Shown here: piece by piece, positions 19,569-30,279 of the stretch
How positions within the stretch are numbered: the first letter of the stretch is position 1
Layout of the letters: each line of letters starts with the position of its first letter
NCBI GenBank assembly: GCA_963803805.1
Contig: CAWDOD010000002.1
Coordinates: 1 to 64,000 of the forward strand
DNA: 64,000 bases
DNA from: an uncultured cyanobacterium
GTDB taxonomy: Bacteria; Cyanobacteriota; Cyanobacteriia; Cyanobacteriales; CAWCAG01
Reading direction: 5' to 3'
The notes under the pieces: generated by a model
Seen by the model: only the letters and a program-made list of their open reading frames with translations
Told to the model about the DNA's origin: nothing
Database searches by the model: none
Position numbers and translations under genes: made by a program

Positions 19569-21005
19569 ATGTCCGTTGCCATAAAACCTATCAAGTTTGG
19601 TACTGATGGCTGGCGAGGTTTAATCGCCGCTGATTTTACTTTTGATCGCGTTGCTTTACTTGCCCCTTTAGCTGCGAAAGTTTTAGCTGATACCTTTCAA
19701 GGGGATGCTGAGAATAATTTAATTATTGTGGGCTATGATCGCCGATTCATGGCCGAAGATTTTGCTCGTGTAGCAGCCGAAGCTCTACAAGCAGCAGGAT
19801 TTGATGTTTTATTGTCTACCACCTATGCTCCCACACCAGCTTTTAGTTGGGCTGCTAAAGCAAAAAATGCTTTGGGTGCTTTGGTGATGACAGCAAGCCA
19901 TAATCCGGCTGGGTATTTGGGTTTGAAAGTTAAAGGGGCTTTTGGAGGCTCAGTTTCTCCGGAAGTGACAAAAGAAATTGAAGCTTTGTTAAGCCAGCCT
20001 CCCAAAATTAAAAGGGGAGAGGGTAGTTTGCAAACTTTTGATCCTTGGCCAAGTTATTGCGAAGGTTTGCGGGGCAAGGTTAATGTCGCTTTTATTAAAG
20101 AGGCGATCGCAACTGGTAAGTTAGCCATTTTTGCTGACGTGATGCACGGCGCAGCCGCGACTGGTTTGCAAAGATTATTAGAAGTAGAAGTTAAGGAAAT
20201 TAATAGTGAGCGCGATCCTCTTTTTGGTGGAAGTGCGCCAGAACCCTTGCCACGCTATCTTTCCCAGCTATTCCGCACTATTCGTACTGCGGCAAGGCAA
20301 GGAGAGAGTGAGTTGAGAGTGGGATTGATTTTTGATGGGGACAGCGATCGCATTGCCGCAACAGATGGGCAAGGAAATTTCCTCAGTTCTCAAGTCCTGA
20401 TCCCCATTCTGATCGATCATCTAGCCAAAGGCAAAGGTTTTACAGGAGAAGTGGTTAAAACCGTTAGCGGTTCCGATATTATTCCTCGCTTAGCTGAGTT
20501 GTATGACTTACCTGTTCATCAAACTCCTATTGGCTATAAGTATATTGCTGACAGGATGTTAACTGAAGAGGTTTTAATTGGAGGGGAAGAGTCTGGAGGT
20601 ATTGGCTATGGAAGTCACATTCCTGAACGGGATGCTCTTTTGTCAGCTCTATATGTCCTAGAAGCCGTTGTAGAGTCAGGAAAAGACTTAAGTAGTCTTT
20701 ATAGTCAATTGCAGGAAAAGACAGGCTTCAAAGCTGCTTACGACCGCATTGACTTACCCTTGGCAAGCATGGAAGTGCGAGGCAAGTTGTTAGAAAGATT
20801 AGAAAAAGAAACCCTCAAAGAAGTAGCGGGTAAAAAAGTTATAGACTGTCTTGACGTTGACGGCTACAAATTCCGTTTAGCTGATCATAGTTGGTTATTA
20901 ATTCGTTTTAGCGGTACAGAACCAGTCTTACGCCTCTACTGCGAAGCAAGCAACCTAACTGAAGTCCGTAAAACCTTGGCTTGGGCAAAAGATTGGGCAA
21001 GTTAA
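19569..21005 (+). CDS. Phosphoglucomutase/phosphomannomutase family protein
   Basis: FGTDGWRG, TASHNP, FDGDSDR, GGEESGG, RFSGTEP. Confidence 0.95.
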   Translation: MSVAIKPIKFGTDGWRGLIAADFTFDRVALLAPLAAKVLADTFQGDAENNLIIVGYDRRFMAEDFARVAAEALQAAGFDVLLSTTYAPTPAFSWAAKAKNALGALVMTASHNPAGYLGLKVKGAFGGSVSPEVTKEIEALLSQPPKIKRGEGSLQTFDPWPSYCEGLRGKVNVAFIKEAIATGKLAIFADVMHGAAATGLQRLLEVEVKEINSERDPLFGGSAPEPLPRYLSQLFRTIRTAARQGESELRVGLIFDGDSDRIAATDGQGNFLSSQVLIPILIDHLAKGKGFTGEVVKTVSGSDIIPRLAELYDLPVHQTPIGYKYIADRMLTEEVLIGGEESGGIGYGSHIPERDALLSALYVLEAVVESGKDLSSLYSQLQEKTGFKAAYDRIDLPLASMEVRGKLLERLEKETLKEVAGKKVIDCLDVDGYKFRLADHSWLLIRFSGTEPVLRLYCEASNLTEVRKTLAWAKDWAS

Positions 21006-21083
21006 TCAATGATAACTAAATCATTCGATCATTGATTAGTTGCTTCTATATTATTCCCCAGATCCCCGTTCCCTATTTTTAAG

Positions 21084-21659
21084 ATGAAACTAATCGTAGC
21101 TACTAGTAATCCTGGAAAACTGCAAGAAATGCAGGAGTATTTAATTGATACTCAGTGGGAGTTGCAGTTAAAACCCCAGGAAATAGAGATCGAGGAAACG
21201 GGAAAAAGTTTTTTAGAGAATGCTTGCTTAAAAGCTTCCCAGGTAGCGAAGGCTATGGGAGAGTGGGCGATCGCTGATGACTCTGGTTTGGCTGTGGATG
21301 CTTTAAACGGCGCTCCAGGGGTTTATTCTGCCCGTTATGCCCCAACAGATGAAGCAAGGATTTCTCGGCTTCTAAAAGAGTTGGCAGAAGTGGATAACCG
21401 CCAAGCAAGGTTTGTTTGCGCCCTAGCGATCGCCAGGACTGATGGTTCTATTGTTTTGCAAACAGAAGGCATCTGTCCTGGAGAAATAACCTTGAGTCCT
21501 CGCGGCAAAAATGGTTTTGGTTACGATCCCATTTTCTATGTCCCCGAAGCAAAGTTAACTTTTGCTGAAATGGAACCAAATCTCAAAAATAAATTAAGCC
21601 ACAGGGGTAAAGCTTTTCAACAATTATCCCAAAGTGCGGTCTTCAAAAACAATCAATGA
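21084..21659 (+). CDS. rdgB: Non-canonical purine NTP pyrophosphatase (Ham1/RdgB)
   Basis: ATSNPGK, ADDSGL, PGVYSARY, GFGYDPIF, SHRGKA. Confidence 0.95.
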   Translation: MKLIVATSNPGKLQEMQEYLIDTQWELQLKPQEIEIEETGKSFLENACLKASQVAKAMGEWAIADDSGLAVDALNGAPGVYSARYAPTDEARISRLLKELAEVDNRQARFVCALAIARTDGSIVLQTEGICPGEITLSPRGKNGFGYDPIFYVPEAKLTFAEMEPNLKNKLSHRGKAFQQLSQSAVFKNNQ

Positions 21660-21743
21660 TCAGCAATCACTGAGTAACTGTTCGGCTTGCCGTTGCCGTA
21701 AGCATCATTGATAACTGATCATTGAGCATTGAGCATTGATTAG

Positions 21744-22094
<351 letters not shown>

Positions 22095-22190
22095 TTAATT
22101 GAATTTTTAATTAACCTGAAATTAATTTTGTGATCACCTAATGACACTTAAGCATGACACTTTACTAACATCCTTAACCAAGTTGTTTGG

Positions 22191-22204
22191 GTAACATATT
22201 ACAC
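22191..22204 (-). promoter_or_regulatory. Putative NtcA site upstream of glnB
   Basis: GTG-TAATATGT-TAC on the minus strand (variant of GTA-N8-TAC), about 110 bp upstream of glnB, a known NtcA target. Spacing to the nearest TAN3T is 26 nt, non-canonical. Confidence 0.5.
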
Positions 22205-22319
22205 AATTTATTGGAGATTACTGGAGCTTTAACTAAAAATATCATTTTTTCAACAAATAGCTCTGATTGATCAACAATTAATGCAAGGCTTCGCCGTTAC
22301 CCTAGGCATTATTGAAAAC

Positions 22320-23225
22320 ATGAGTACTTCATTAGAACAACAAGTTATTTTAATTACAGGGGCTTCTACAGGTATTGGCGCAGCTTTGGCACAGGAGTTA
22401 GCACAGCAATTTCGAGGGATTTGCTTGGTTTTGGCAGCACGAAGTAAAGACAAAATGCTACAAGTAGCTGCTGAGTGCGAGAAACTGGGAGCAGAGGTTT
22501 TGGTTGTCCCTACCGATATAAGTGATGCTTCTCAAGTTGAGCATCTTGCTAGTTTAGCATTTGAACATTTTGGTAAAGTTGATGCTTTAATTAATAACGC
22601 TGGTTATGGAGAAATGGGACCAATAGAATTGTTATCTCCTGAGGCGGCGAAAGAGCAATTTGCTGTCAATTTTCATGGTCCTTTAACTTTAATTCAAGCC
22701 TTGGTTCCTATAATGCGTAAACAAGGAGCAGGGAAGATACTTAATATTAGTTCTTTGGGAGGACGAATAGCTTTTCCGATGGCAGGATTATATAGTTGCT
22801 CTAAATTTGCTTTGGAAGCTCTTAGTGATGTTTTAAGAATGGAGTTAAGGGCTTTTAATATTCAAGTAGTTGTGATAGAACCTGGACCAGTAGTAACAGA
22901 TTTTTTTGCAGTTGTTAATCAGAAAGTTGAAGGTGCATTTCCTGAAGCCGAACAGACTCCTTATCAAGCTGCTGTTAAAAAGCTTTTATCATTGAAAAAA
23001 CAAACTGAACTGCTCGGTTGGACTCCCCAAAAAGTAGCTAAAGTTATGATAAAAGCCCTTGTCGCTAAACATCCTCGCCCTCGCTATATTGCAGCTACCG
23101 GAGGAAATATTTTAATTTTCTTGATGACTAAAATTTTACCTACTTGGGCAAGAGATTTATTTTGGAAGCGTTTTTATGGTATTGATAAAGTTGAAAAGGA
23201 GTGGCTTAGTAGGGAAGGGTTTTAG
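22320..23225 (+). CDS. Short-chain dehydrogenase/reductase
   Basis: ITGASTGIG, NNAG, YSCSK, IEPG. Confidence 0.92.
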   Translation: MSTSLEQQVILITGASTGIGAALAQELAQQFRGICLVLAARSKDKMLQVAAECEKLGAEVLVVPTDISDASQVEHLASLAFEHFGKVDALINNAGYGEMGPIELLSPEAAKEQFAVNFHGPLTLIQALVPIMRKQGAGKILNISSLGGRIAFPMAGLYSCSKFALEALSDVLRMELRAFNIQVVVIEPGPVVTDFFAVVNQKVEGAFPEAEQTPYQAAVKKLLSLKKQTELLGWTPQKVAKVMIKALVAKHPRPRYIAATGGNILIFLMTKILPTWARDLFWKRFYGIDKVEKEWLSREGF

Positions 23226-23289
23226 TGAATTTGGTGAAGTTAGCATAAATTTTAATTACCCATTTACTTAAAAAAGGGGAAGAGAAGAA

Positions 23290-23525
23290 AGATGATCTTA
23301 TTTTTACTTGGTTATGATTTTATTTGGTTTGATCATAACTAATATTCATGGTTTTCTTGCTCCTATTGCTCCTATCAAAGCAGATATTTTAGTTGTAGAA
23401 GGCTGGATATCTGAATCAAGGAATTGAAAGTGCGATCACAGAATTTAAAAATAAAAATTTTGGTTAATCTAGCAAAAAATATTAGTCCCAGAAATTAGAG
23501 TAGGGGCGATCGCCTATCACTCTAG
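23290..23525 (+). pseudogene. Remnant of a DUF218/YdcF-like gene with internal deletion
   Basis: NIHGFLAPIAPIKADILVVEGWIS / QGIESAITEFKNKN joined to WLI*QKILVPEIRVGAIAY; frameshift, stop and missing middle. Confidence 0.55.
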
Positions 23526-23753
23526 TGCGCTCAATTTCATCAGAAGCGATCACTATGTCTTTATGCTCTTGTTTCGAGTTTAACTAGGTATTAGCTTAGG
23601 AACAGAAGTTAAATAATAAAAAACTTCACAGAGAAAATAAGTGATTTTACTGATAAAATTTGTTTTAGATAATGGCAATATTAAAGGCAGTACAGCATCT
23701 ACAAGACTAAAGAGTTCCTTTGGGAACTTCAATGTTATCAGGAGTACATAGAC

Positions 23754-23924
23754 ATGGCTAAACTTTCTAATCAACCGTTACAACCAAATCCCTTTATCGC
23801 CTATCGCGATCCTCTCACAGGCCGGTGGGTAGTAGAAAAACCCCCGACGGAAAAGAAAAATAAAAAAGAGAAACCAATTTCGACAGTTGCTACTTGGCCT
23901 AGGTTGGTTAAAAAAAGCGCTTAA
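23754..23924 (+). CDS. Small 56-aa protein absent from the ORF track
   Basis: AGGAG 9 nt before ATG; MAKLSNQPLQPNPFIAYRDPLTGRWVVEKPPTEKKNKKEKPISTVATWPRLVKKSA*. Confidence 0.65.
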   Translation: MAKLSNQPLQPNPFIAYRDPLTGRWVVEKPPTEKKNKKEKPISTVATWPRLVKKSA

Positions 23925-24152
23925 AGTTTTTCGTACAATAGAATAGTCAAGCTTCAATTTCCCAGAATGAGTGTTGTTTAAGCATCTCCACAGCAAAAAA
24001 ACAAATTCAACATCTCCTGGGACTTTTTTTCCTTTCCCCTTTCTCCCTTACCCTCTGCTAGAAACTAAAACTGTAACTGTCCAAACGGATTTTAGATGAT
24101 TTGTTTGTGCTGCCATCATAGGCAATAATATTGTCAAGAACCTTAATAAAGG

Positions 24153-25040
24153 GTGTTACGAAACTTGATTAACCTGTCTAATTACCGAAAGAGTTTGGCT
24201 ATTTTTGGCATTAGCTCTTTATTACCTACCCTAGCAGTTCTTCCTGCTTGCAACACATTTACAAAACAACAGCAAGAAAATACTCTTAATAAATTTGCAG
24301 GCAATTGGCAAGTAGTTAGCGCCAGCTTAGGAGATGAAGTAAATGATAATCCTGGTGGAGCAATTCAACTAGAAGTTAGTAATAATAAGCTCATTGGTGG
24401 TTTAACTGGTGGCCCTTCAGTGGAACTTAAAGCTGTTAAAGAGGGTAATCTGGAAGGCAAACTTAACATTGATATTGTCGAACAAAATATTCAAGTTCCT
24501 ATCACTGTCAAACTTACCAAAGATGAAAAGCTAACTATGGTTATTCTCACAAGTAAAGTAGATACCAGTAACTTACCTCCACAATGGCATCAAGAATTTA
24601 CAGAAGATGTTACTTATGTCGCAAAAAGAACTCCGGCATCTTTACCTTCAGAAGTAGAAAAAGTAAAAACGCCTGAATTAGAAGCTCAAAAATATATTGG
24701 TGTTCTTACCAAAGCCAAACAAGGATTTTTTATCGAGTTTGGTACTTTCACTTCTAAAATGAACAACTTAGGGCTAGATGTACCTTCCGACACCACCCAT
24801 TATTCCTATAGAGTTAAAGAATTAAATAACAGTTTTGCCCAGTCTTTAGCTATTCCGAAAAAAGAAGGATTGAGAAGTTACACCGGAGGAATATTTGCTA
24901 CTCCCATCGAAGGGACAACTCGCATGACTACAACTACTATAGTTTGCCAGAGCAATCAACCATCCCAAACCCTTCCTGATTCCCCGGCTTTAATAGAAGG
25001 AATACCTCAATGTCCTGACGGCTTTCAGCCTCTTGAATAA
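24153..25040 (+). CDS. Lipoprotein with C-terminal type IV pilin-like G/H domain
   Basis: Lipobox-like LPAC; EAQKYIGVLTKAKQGFFIE..LRSYTGG..VCQS..CPDG. Confidence 0.75.
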   Translation: MLRNLINLSNYRKSLAIFGISSLLPTLAVLPACNTFTKQQQENTLNKFAGNWQVVSASLGDEVNDNPGGAIQLEVSNNKLIGGLTGGPSVELKAVKEGNLEGKLNIDIVEQNIQVPITVKLTKDEKLTMVILTSKVDTSNLPPQWHQEFTEDVTYVAKRTPASLPSEVEKVKTPELEAQKYIGVLTKAKQGFFIEFGTFTSKMNNLGLDVPSDTTHYSYRVKELNNSFAQSLAIPKKEGLRSYTGGIFATPIEGTTRMTTTTIVCQSNQPSQTLPDSPALIEGIPQCPDGFQPLE

Positions 25041-25163
25041 AATTAAAATCGGTCTACCTACCTTGTTTATTCTTTTTTTGAGAGCGCTCATCAGCCTTTT
25101 CTACCCATCTTAAGATAGCTTGCAGTATAGTCGTTACATATAATCGGCATACAATCACTACCC

Positions 25164-27860
25164 ATGAGTCGTTCCCAAAAAGCATCTACCGTTAACAATT
25201 CGACAAATAGTCAAGTCTCTGCGACAGAGATTCCCAATGCTGATTACCGCGAGTTAGAACGGGAAAAATTGACACCAATGATGCAGCATTATACTCAAAC
25301 AAAAGATGAGTATGCTAACTGTTTGTTGCTTTATCGGGTAGGAGATTTTTTTGAATGCTTCTTTCAAGATGCCATTACCATTTCCCGTGAGTTGGAGTTA
25401 GTACTTACTAGCAAAGAAGCCGGCAAAGAAATTGGGCGAGTACCCATGACAGGTGTACCTCACCATGCCTTAGATCGCTATAGCACTATGTTGTTAGAAA
25501 AGGGTTATGGAGTGGTTGTTTGTGATCAAGTAGAAGATGCCGCACAAGCTAAAGCAGAAAAGCGAATGGTACGTCGGGAAGTGCAGAGGCTGCTTACTCC
25601 TGGTACAGTCTTAGATGAGGGAATGCTCAATGCTAGACGTAACAACTTCCTCGCGGCGGTAGTAATTGCGAAAAATAACTGGGGTTTAGCCTATGCTGAT
25701 GTTTCCACCGGAGAATTTTATACTACCCAAGGGAAAAATTTAGAATCATTAGACTTAGAACTATTACGCTTGCAACCATCGGAAATACTCTTTCCCACCA
25801 ATGCCCCAGATATTAATACCCTACTACGGCCAGGAGAAAAGTCAGCCTACTTACCAGAATGCCTCCCAGACTGCTTTTGTTACTCCCTACGTTCCCAAAC
25901 TCCTTTTACTCTTGCTGAAGCCAAGCAACGACTCCTAGAACAATTTAGGGTAAGATCCCTAGAAGCTATGGGGTGCGAACATCTCCCTTTAAGCATCAGG
26001 GCATCTGGTGGATTGTTGGAGTATGTAGAAACGACAATTAGAAATAAGCAAAGAAATCCCCAAGGAGAAGATGTACCTCTACAACCCCTACGCACCTATA
26101 CTATTGAAGATTTCTTAGTTTTAGATCAGCAGACTCGTCGTAACTTAGAAATTACTCAAACGGTTCGTGATTGTACTTTCCATGGTTCTCTCCTCTGGGC
26201 ATTAGATCGTTGTAGTACGGCGATGGGAGGAAGGGCATTGCGTCGTTGGTTGTTGCAACCCCTATTGGATCTTCAAGGTATTAAAGCTAGGCAAGATACG
26301 ATCCAGGAATTGAGGGAAAATAGTAGTTTGCGTCAAGATTTGCGCCAACTCCTACGACAAATTTATGATTTAGAAAGGTTAACGGGAAAAGCGGGATCGG
26401 GAACTGCTAATGCTAGGGATTTAGTCTCTTTAGCAGATTCTTTGTTGAAGTTAACAGATTTAGCCGAATTAGCTTCTGGTGGTTCTTCTGCTTATCTTAA
26501 AGCAGTCCAAAAAGCACCACCAGAGTTGGAAAAATTAGGTAGGTATCTTGCCGCTAGTTTGGTGGATTCCCCACCCCAACACCTTAAAGAAGGAGGGGTA
26601 ATTCGTCCTGGAGTCAATGCTCAATTAGATGAAATGCGGGCTTCTTTAGAAGAAGATCGTACCTGGATTGCTAACCTCGAAGTAACCCAACAGCAGCGTA
26701 CCGGCGTATCTAATTTAAAGGTAGGTTATAACAAAACCTTTGGTTACTACATTAGTATGCCCCGTAGTAAGGCAGCCCAAGCCCCCCAAGATTTTACCCG
26801 CAAACAAACCCTTACTAATGAAGAACGCTACATAACCCCAGAGTTAAAGGAAAGGGAAACCAGAATTCTGACGGCGAAAGATGATCTTAATCGTTTGGAG
26901 TATGAGATTTTTGTGGCATTGCGGGGGGAGGTTGCCTTACTCGCTAGGGAAATTCGGACTACAGCTAAGGCTGTTGCGGCGATTGATGTTCTTTGTGGCT
27001 TAGCAGAAGTGGCAGTCTATCAAGGTTATTGTCGCCCCCAAATGGAGGAGGGAAGAGAAATTGCTATCTCAGCCGGGAGACACCCAGTGGTAGAACAAAG
27101 TCTTCCCCCAGGTTTCTTTGTACCCAACTCCACTCAAATGGGTTATTCTCAAGCAGAAAAAAAGCGCCAAAATGATCCGGATTTGGTTATTCTTACAGGT
27201 CCCAATGCTAGTGGTAAAAGCTGTTATTTGCGTCAAGTAGGGCTAATTCAACTTATGGCCCAAATTGGTAGTTTTGTTCCTGCTAGACAAGCAAAATTAG
27301 CTGTATGCGATCGCATTTTCACTCGCGTTGGTGCAGTGGACGATTTAGCTACAGGACAATCTACCTTTATGGTAGAAATGAACGAAACTGCGAATATTCT
27401 CAACCATGCTACAGCAAAATCTTTGGTTTTGTTAGATGAAATTGGCCGAGGGACAGCAACCTTTGATGGACTTTCTATTGCTTGGGCTGTTGCTGAATAT
27501 TTAGCCACAGAAATTCGTTCCCGCACTATTTTTGCAACCCACTATCATGAACTCAATGAATTAGCTTCCATACTTACCAATGTGGCTAACTATCAGGTTA
27601 CAGTAAAGGAACTTCCTGATAAAATCATCTTCTTACATCAAGTACGTCCTGGAGGTGCAGACCGTTCTTATGGTATTGAAGCAGGACGTTTAGCCGGGTT
27701 GCCCACCTCAGTAATTAAACGGGCTAAACAAGTAATGGGACAAATTGAAAAACATAGTAAGATTGCCTTGGGTTTAAGAAATGGAATTCAACAAAGACAA
27801 CCTATTTCTAGTCAAGAATCTCATAGTCAGTGGGTGGATCAGTTAGATATTTTTGAGTAA
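25164..27860 (+). CDS. mutS: DNA mismatch repair protein MutS
   Basis: [48 protein letters not shown]. Confidence 0.98.
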   Translation: MSRSQKASTVNNSTNSQVSATEIPNADYRELEREKLTPMMQHYTQTKDEYANCLLLYRVGDFFECFFQDAITISRELELVLTSKEAGKEIGRVPMTGVPHHALDRYSTMLLEKGYGVVVCDQVEDAAQAKAEKRMVRREVQRLLTPGTVLDEGMLNARRNNFLAAVVIAKNNWGLAYADVSTGEFYTTQGKNLESLDLELLRLQPSEILFPTNAPDINTLLRPGEKSAYLPECLPDCFCYSLRSQTPFTLAEAKQRLLEQFRVRSLEAMGCEHLPLSIRASGGLLEYVETTIRNKQRNPQGEDVPLQPLRTYTIEDFLVLDQQTRRNLEITQTVRDCTFHGSLLWALDRCSTAMGGRALRRWLLQPLLDLQGIKARQDTIQELRENSSLRQDLRQLLRQIYDLERLTGKAGSGTANARDLVSLADSLLKLTDLAELASGGSSAYLKAVQKAPPELEKLGRYLAASLVDSPPQHLKEGGVIRPGVNAQLDEMRASLEEDRTWIANLEVTQQQRTGVSNLKVGYNKTFGYYISMPRSKAAQAPQDFTRKQTLTNEERYITPELKERETRILTAKDDLNRLEYEIFVALRGEVALLAREIRTTAKAVAAIDVLCGLAEVAVYQGYCRPQMEEGREIAISAGRHPVVEQSLPPGFFVPNSTQMGYSQAEKKRQNDPDLVILTGPNASGKSCYLRQVGLIQLMAQIGSFVPARQAKLAVCDRIFTRVGAVDDLATGQSTFMVEMNETANILNHATAKSLVLLDEIGRGTATFDGLSIAWAVAEYLATEIRSRTIFATHYHELNELASILTNVANYQVTVKELPDKIIFLHQVRPGGADRSYGIEAGRLAGLPTSVIKRAKQVMGQIEKHSKIALGLRNGIQQRQPISSQESHSQWVDQLDIFE

Positions 27861-28006
27861 GGACAGTTTAGTTTAGTTTCTAGCAGTTGATTGCTGTTTT
27901 ATGTGGTAGTTGTGAGTAAATACTACACCAATGATTCTTGCTTAATATAGATAGCTTGTATATTTTCAATTTTTCTAAAAATTGCTCTGTTTCTCAATTA
28001 AATCCT

Positions 28007-28738
28007 ATGTCTAATCTTCAGAAATTCACCCTTCAAGAAATGACTCAATGCGGTATGCAACTCCGCGAATTAAATTCCGGAAGTAGCAGCATCGAGGAAG
28101 TAGCTAATAAAGTTGTCAATTATTTTTATGAAAACTTTATCAACGAAGAAACCAGGGAAAAGGCTTTTGCTTTAGTACGCTTTTTTAAAACCTATGCTTA
28201 TGAAAATTTAGAGCCTACATTACAAGAATATGCTCAAATAATGTCAGGCGAAAATTCTCTATACCCTCAAACCAAATGTCTAACCCTATTGGCAACAAAA
28301 GGAAAGCTTCCTGAATGGAACTCCAGACATAAATCTATAGAACATAAAGCTATTCCTTTAGCTAGCGAACAGTTAGTAGCCCAAGCCCCCATGATTTCAC
28401 AACTATTGCGGCAATTTGGTTTGAAAACTGCTACATTTCTTAACCCAGATCCTCAATTATTGGTAGACCTAGAACAAAAAACCTATAATGTTTTTTATAT
28501 ACCTCAAGCTTTAGGTAGCAAATATATACCTGCCCAGGAAAAGTTTGTTATTCCTCATCAAATTCAGTCAGTGCTGGGTTTCGGTGGTATGTTACCAGAT
28601 GGCAATCTTTTCGCAGTTATTCTCTTTTCTCAGGTGCAAATTCCCCAGGATACAGCTACTCTTTTCAAAGTCTTAGCTCTAAGTGTTAAAATGGCGATTC
28701 TACCTTTTACCAAAGATTCTGTCTTTACCAAGATTTAA
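28007..28738 (+). CDS. Uncharacterised protein, possibly GAF-like, preceding a His kinase
   Basis: ALVRFFKT, CLTLLAT.G, YIPAQEKFV..SVLGFGGMLPDGNLFAVILFS; ATG at 28007. Confidence 0.75.
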   Translation: MSNLQKFTLQEMTQCGMQLRELNSGSSSIEEVANKVVNYFYENFINEETREKAFALVRFFKTYAYENLEPTLQEYAQIMSGENSLYPQTKCLTLLATKGKLPEWNSRHKSIEHKAIPLASEQLVAQAPMISQLLRQFGLKTATFLNPDPQLLVDLEQKTYNVFYIPQALGSKYIPAQEKFVIPHQIQSVLGFGGMLPDGNLFAVILFSQVQIPQDTATLFKVLALSVKMAILPFTKDSVFTKI

Positions 28739-28780
28739 CCTAATCAAAGTTCGATAAACTTATAGCCATCCTTAAGGATT

Positions 28781-30268
28781 ATGAAAATTGAGGACGTAGA
28801 GCAACTTAGGTATCAGGTGGCGGCCTTAGAAGAGTTGCTAGCAACCTATGAATTTACAACAACGGAAAAATCTAATAAGTTAGAGCAAGCTTTAGAAAAG
28901 CTCCAAGAAAGGGCCCAGCAGTTAGAACACGCCCAAGAAACTCTACATATTCTCCAATCTATACTTGATAGTATGGGGGATGGAGTAGCTGTGGTTAATG
29001 AAGAAGGAAAATTTATTTTTTTCAATCCAGCCGCAGAAAAAATCCTCGGAGTTAATCACACTAATGCTTCCTTGAGAGACTGGGTTCAAAAAAGTAGTTT
29101 TTATTTGCCAGACCAAACAACTATTTACCCAGAAGAAGAATATCCTTGGCAGCTAGCTGTACTGGGTGAGTCTGTTGATACAGCAGAGATGTTTTTGCGC
29201 AATACAGCAGAACCGGAAGGAATTTGGCTTAGTGTTAATGCTAGGCCTCTTAGAAATGGAGATGGCTGTTATAGAGGTGGAGTGGTGGTATTTAGGGATA
29301 TTAGCACCAGAAAGCTTATTGAAGAGTCTCTGCGCTCCTCTAGCGCCTGTTTTCAAGAGCAAGCAGAACAATTAGAACATACCCTACAAAAGCTGCGTAA
29401 AACCCAAGCGCAATTAATCCAAACAGAAAAAATGTCCGGTTTGGGGCAAATGGTAGCAGGGGTAGCCCATGAAATTAATAACCCCATTAACTTTATTTAC
29501 GGCAACTTAGTTCACCTGGGGCATTATAACCAAGATATGCTTAACCTACTTAAGTTGTATGAAAAACATTGTCCCCCTTGTTCAGAAATTCAAAAAGCAT
29601 CAGAAGATATAGAAATAGACTATTTAAAAGAAGATATTCCTAAAATCCTCTCCTCAATGGCTATTGGTACTGAACGTATCCGGCAAATCGTTGTTTCTTT
29701 GCAAAATTTCTCTCGGCTAGATAGTCCTAGTTTGCAAGCTGTTAATCTCCATGAAGGACTAGATAACAGCCTCATGATTTTACAGAGTCGTTTAAAAGAA
29801 AAGCCTGATAGAGTAGCTATTGAAGTAATTAAAGACTATGGTGATTTACCTCTGGTTGAGTGTTATGCAGGACAAATCAACCAAGTATTCATGAATATTT
29901 TGAGTAATGCTATTGATGCTCTAGAGGAAAGAGAAAATCAGCAATTAGCTAGTAATAGTTTAGTAGATGCAAAAATCATCACTATTCGCACCGAAAGGAT
30001 AGGAGAAAACGAAGTAGCTATTCACATTTATGATAATGCTTCGGGGATACCCAAAAAAGTTCAAGAGCATATTTTTGACCCTTTCTTTACGACCAAAGAA
30101 GTGGGTAAAGGTACAGGGTTAGGGATGTCTATTAGCTATCAAATAGTTGTTGATAATCACAAAGGTAAACTTCTATGTAAATCAGAATTAAATGAAGGAA
30201 CAAGATTTACGATTAAATTGGCAATTCAACAGCATAATTTCGGAGATAGATTGGTAAAAGCTAGTTAG
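28781..30268 (+). CDS. PAS-domain sensor histidine kinase
   Basis: PAS (ILDSMGDGV..FNPAAE..VVVFRDIS), H-box VAHEINNP, N-box, DPFFTTKEVGKGTGLG. Confidence 0.95.
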   Translation: MKIEDVEQLRYQVAALEELLATYEFTTTEKSNKLEQALEKLQERAQQLEHAQETLHILQSILDSMGDGVAVVNEEGKFIFFNPAAEKILGVNHTNASLRDWVQKSSFYLPDQTTIYPEEEYPWQLAVLGESVDTAEMFLRNTAEPEGIWLSVNARPLRNGDGCYRGGVVVFRDISTRKLIEESLRSSSACFQEQAEQLEHTLQKLRKTQAQLIQTEKMSGLGQMVAGVAHEINNPINFIYGNLVHLGHYNQDMLNLLKLYEKHCPPCSEIQKASEDIEIDYLKEDIPKILSSMAIGTERIRQIVVSLQNFSRLDSPSLQAVNLHEGLDNSLMILQSRLKEKPDRVAIEVIKDYGDLPLVECYAGQINQVFMNILSNAIDALEERENQQLASNSLVDAKIITIRTERIGENEVAIHIYDNASGIPKKVQEHIFDPFFTTKEVGKGTGLGMSISYQIVVDNHKGKLLCKSELNEGTRFTIKLAIQQHNFGDRLVKAS

Positions 30269-30279
30269 GAAATAAGAGA

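Noticed and set aside
23580..23996. Minus-strand ORFs 23580-23774 and 23778-23996
   Set aside because: No motifs; the + strand 56-aa ORF with an RBS explains the region better.
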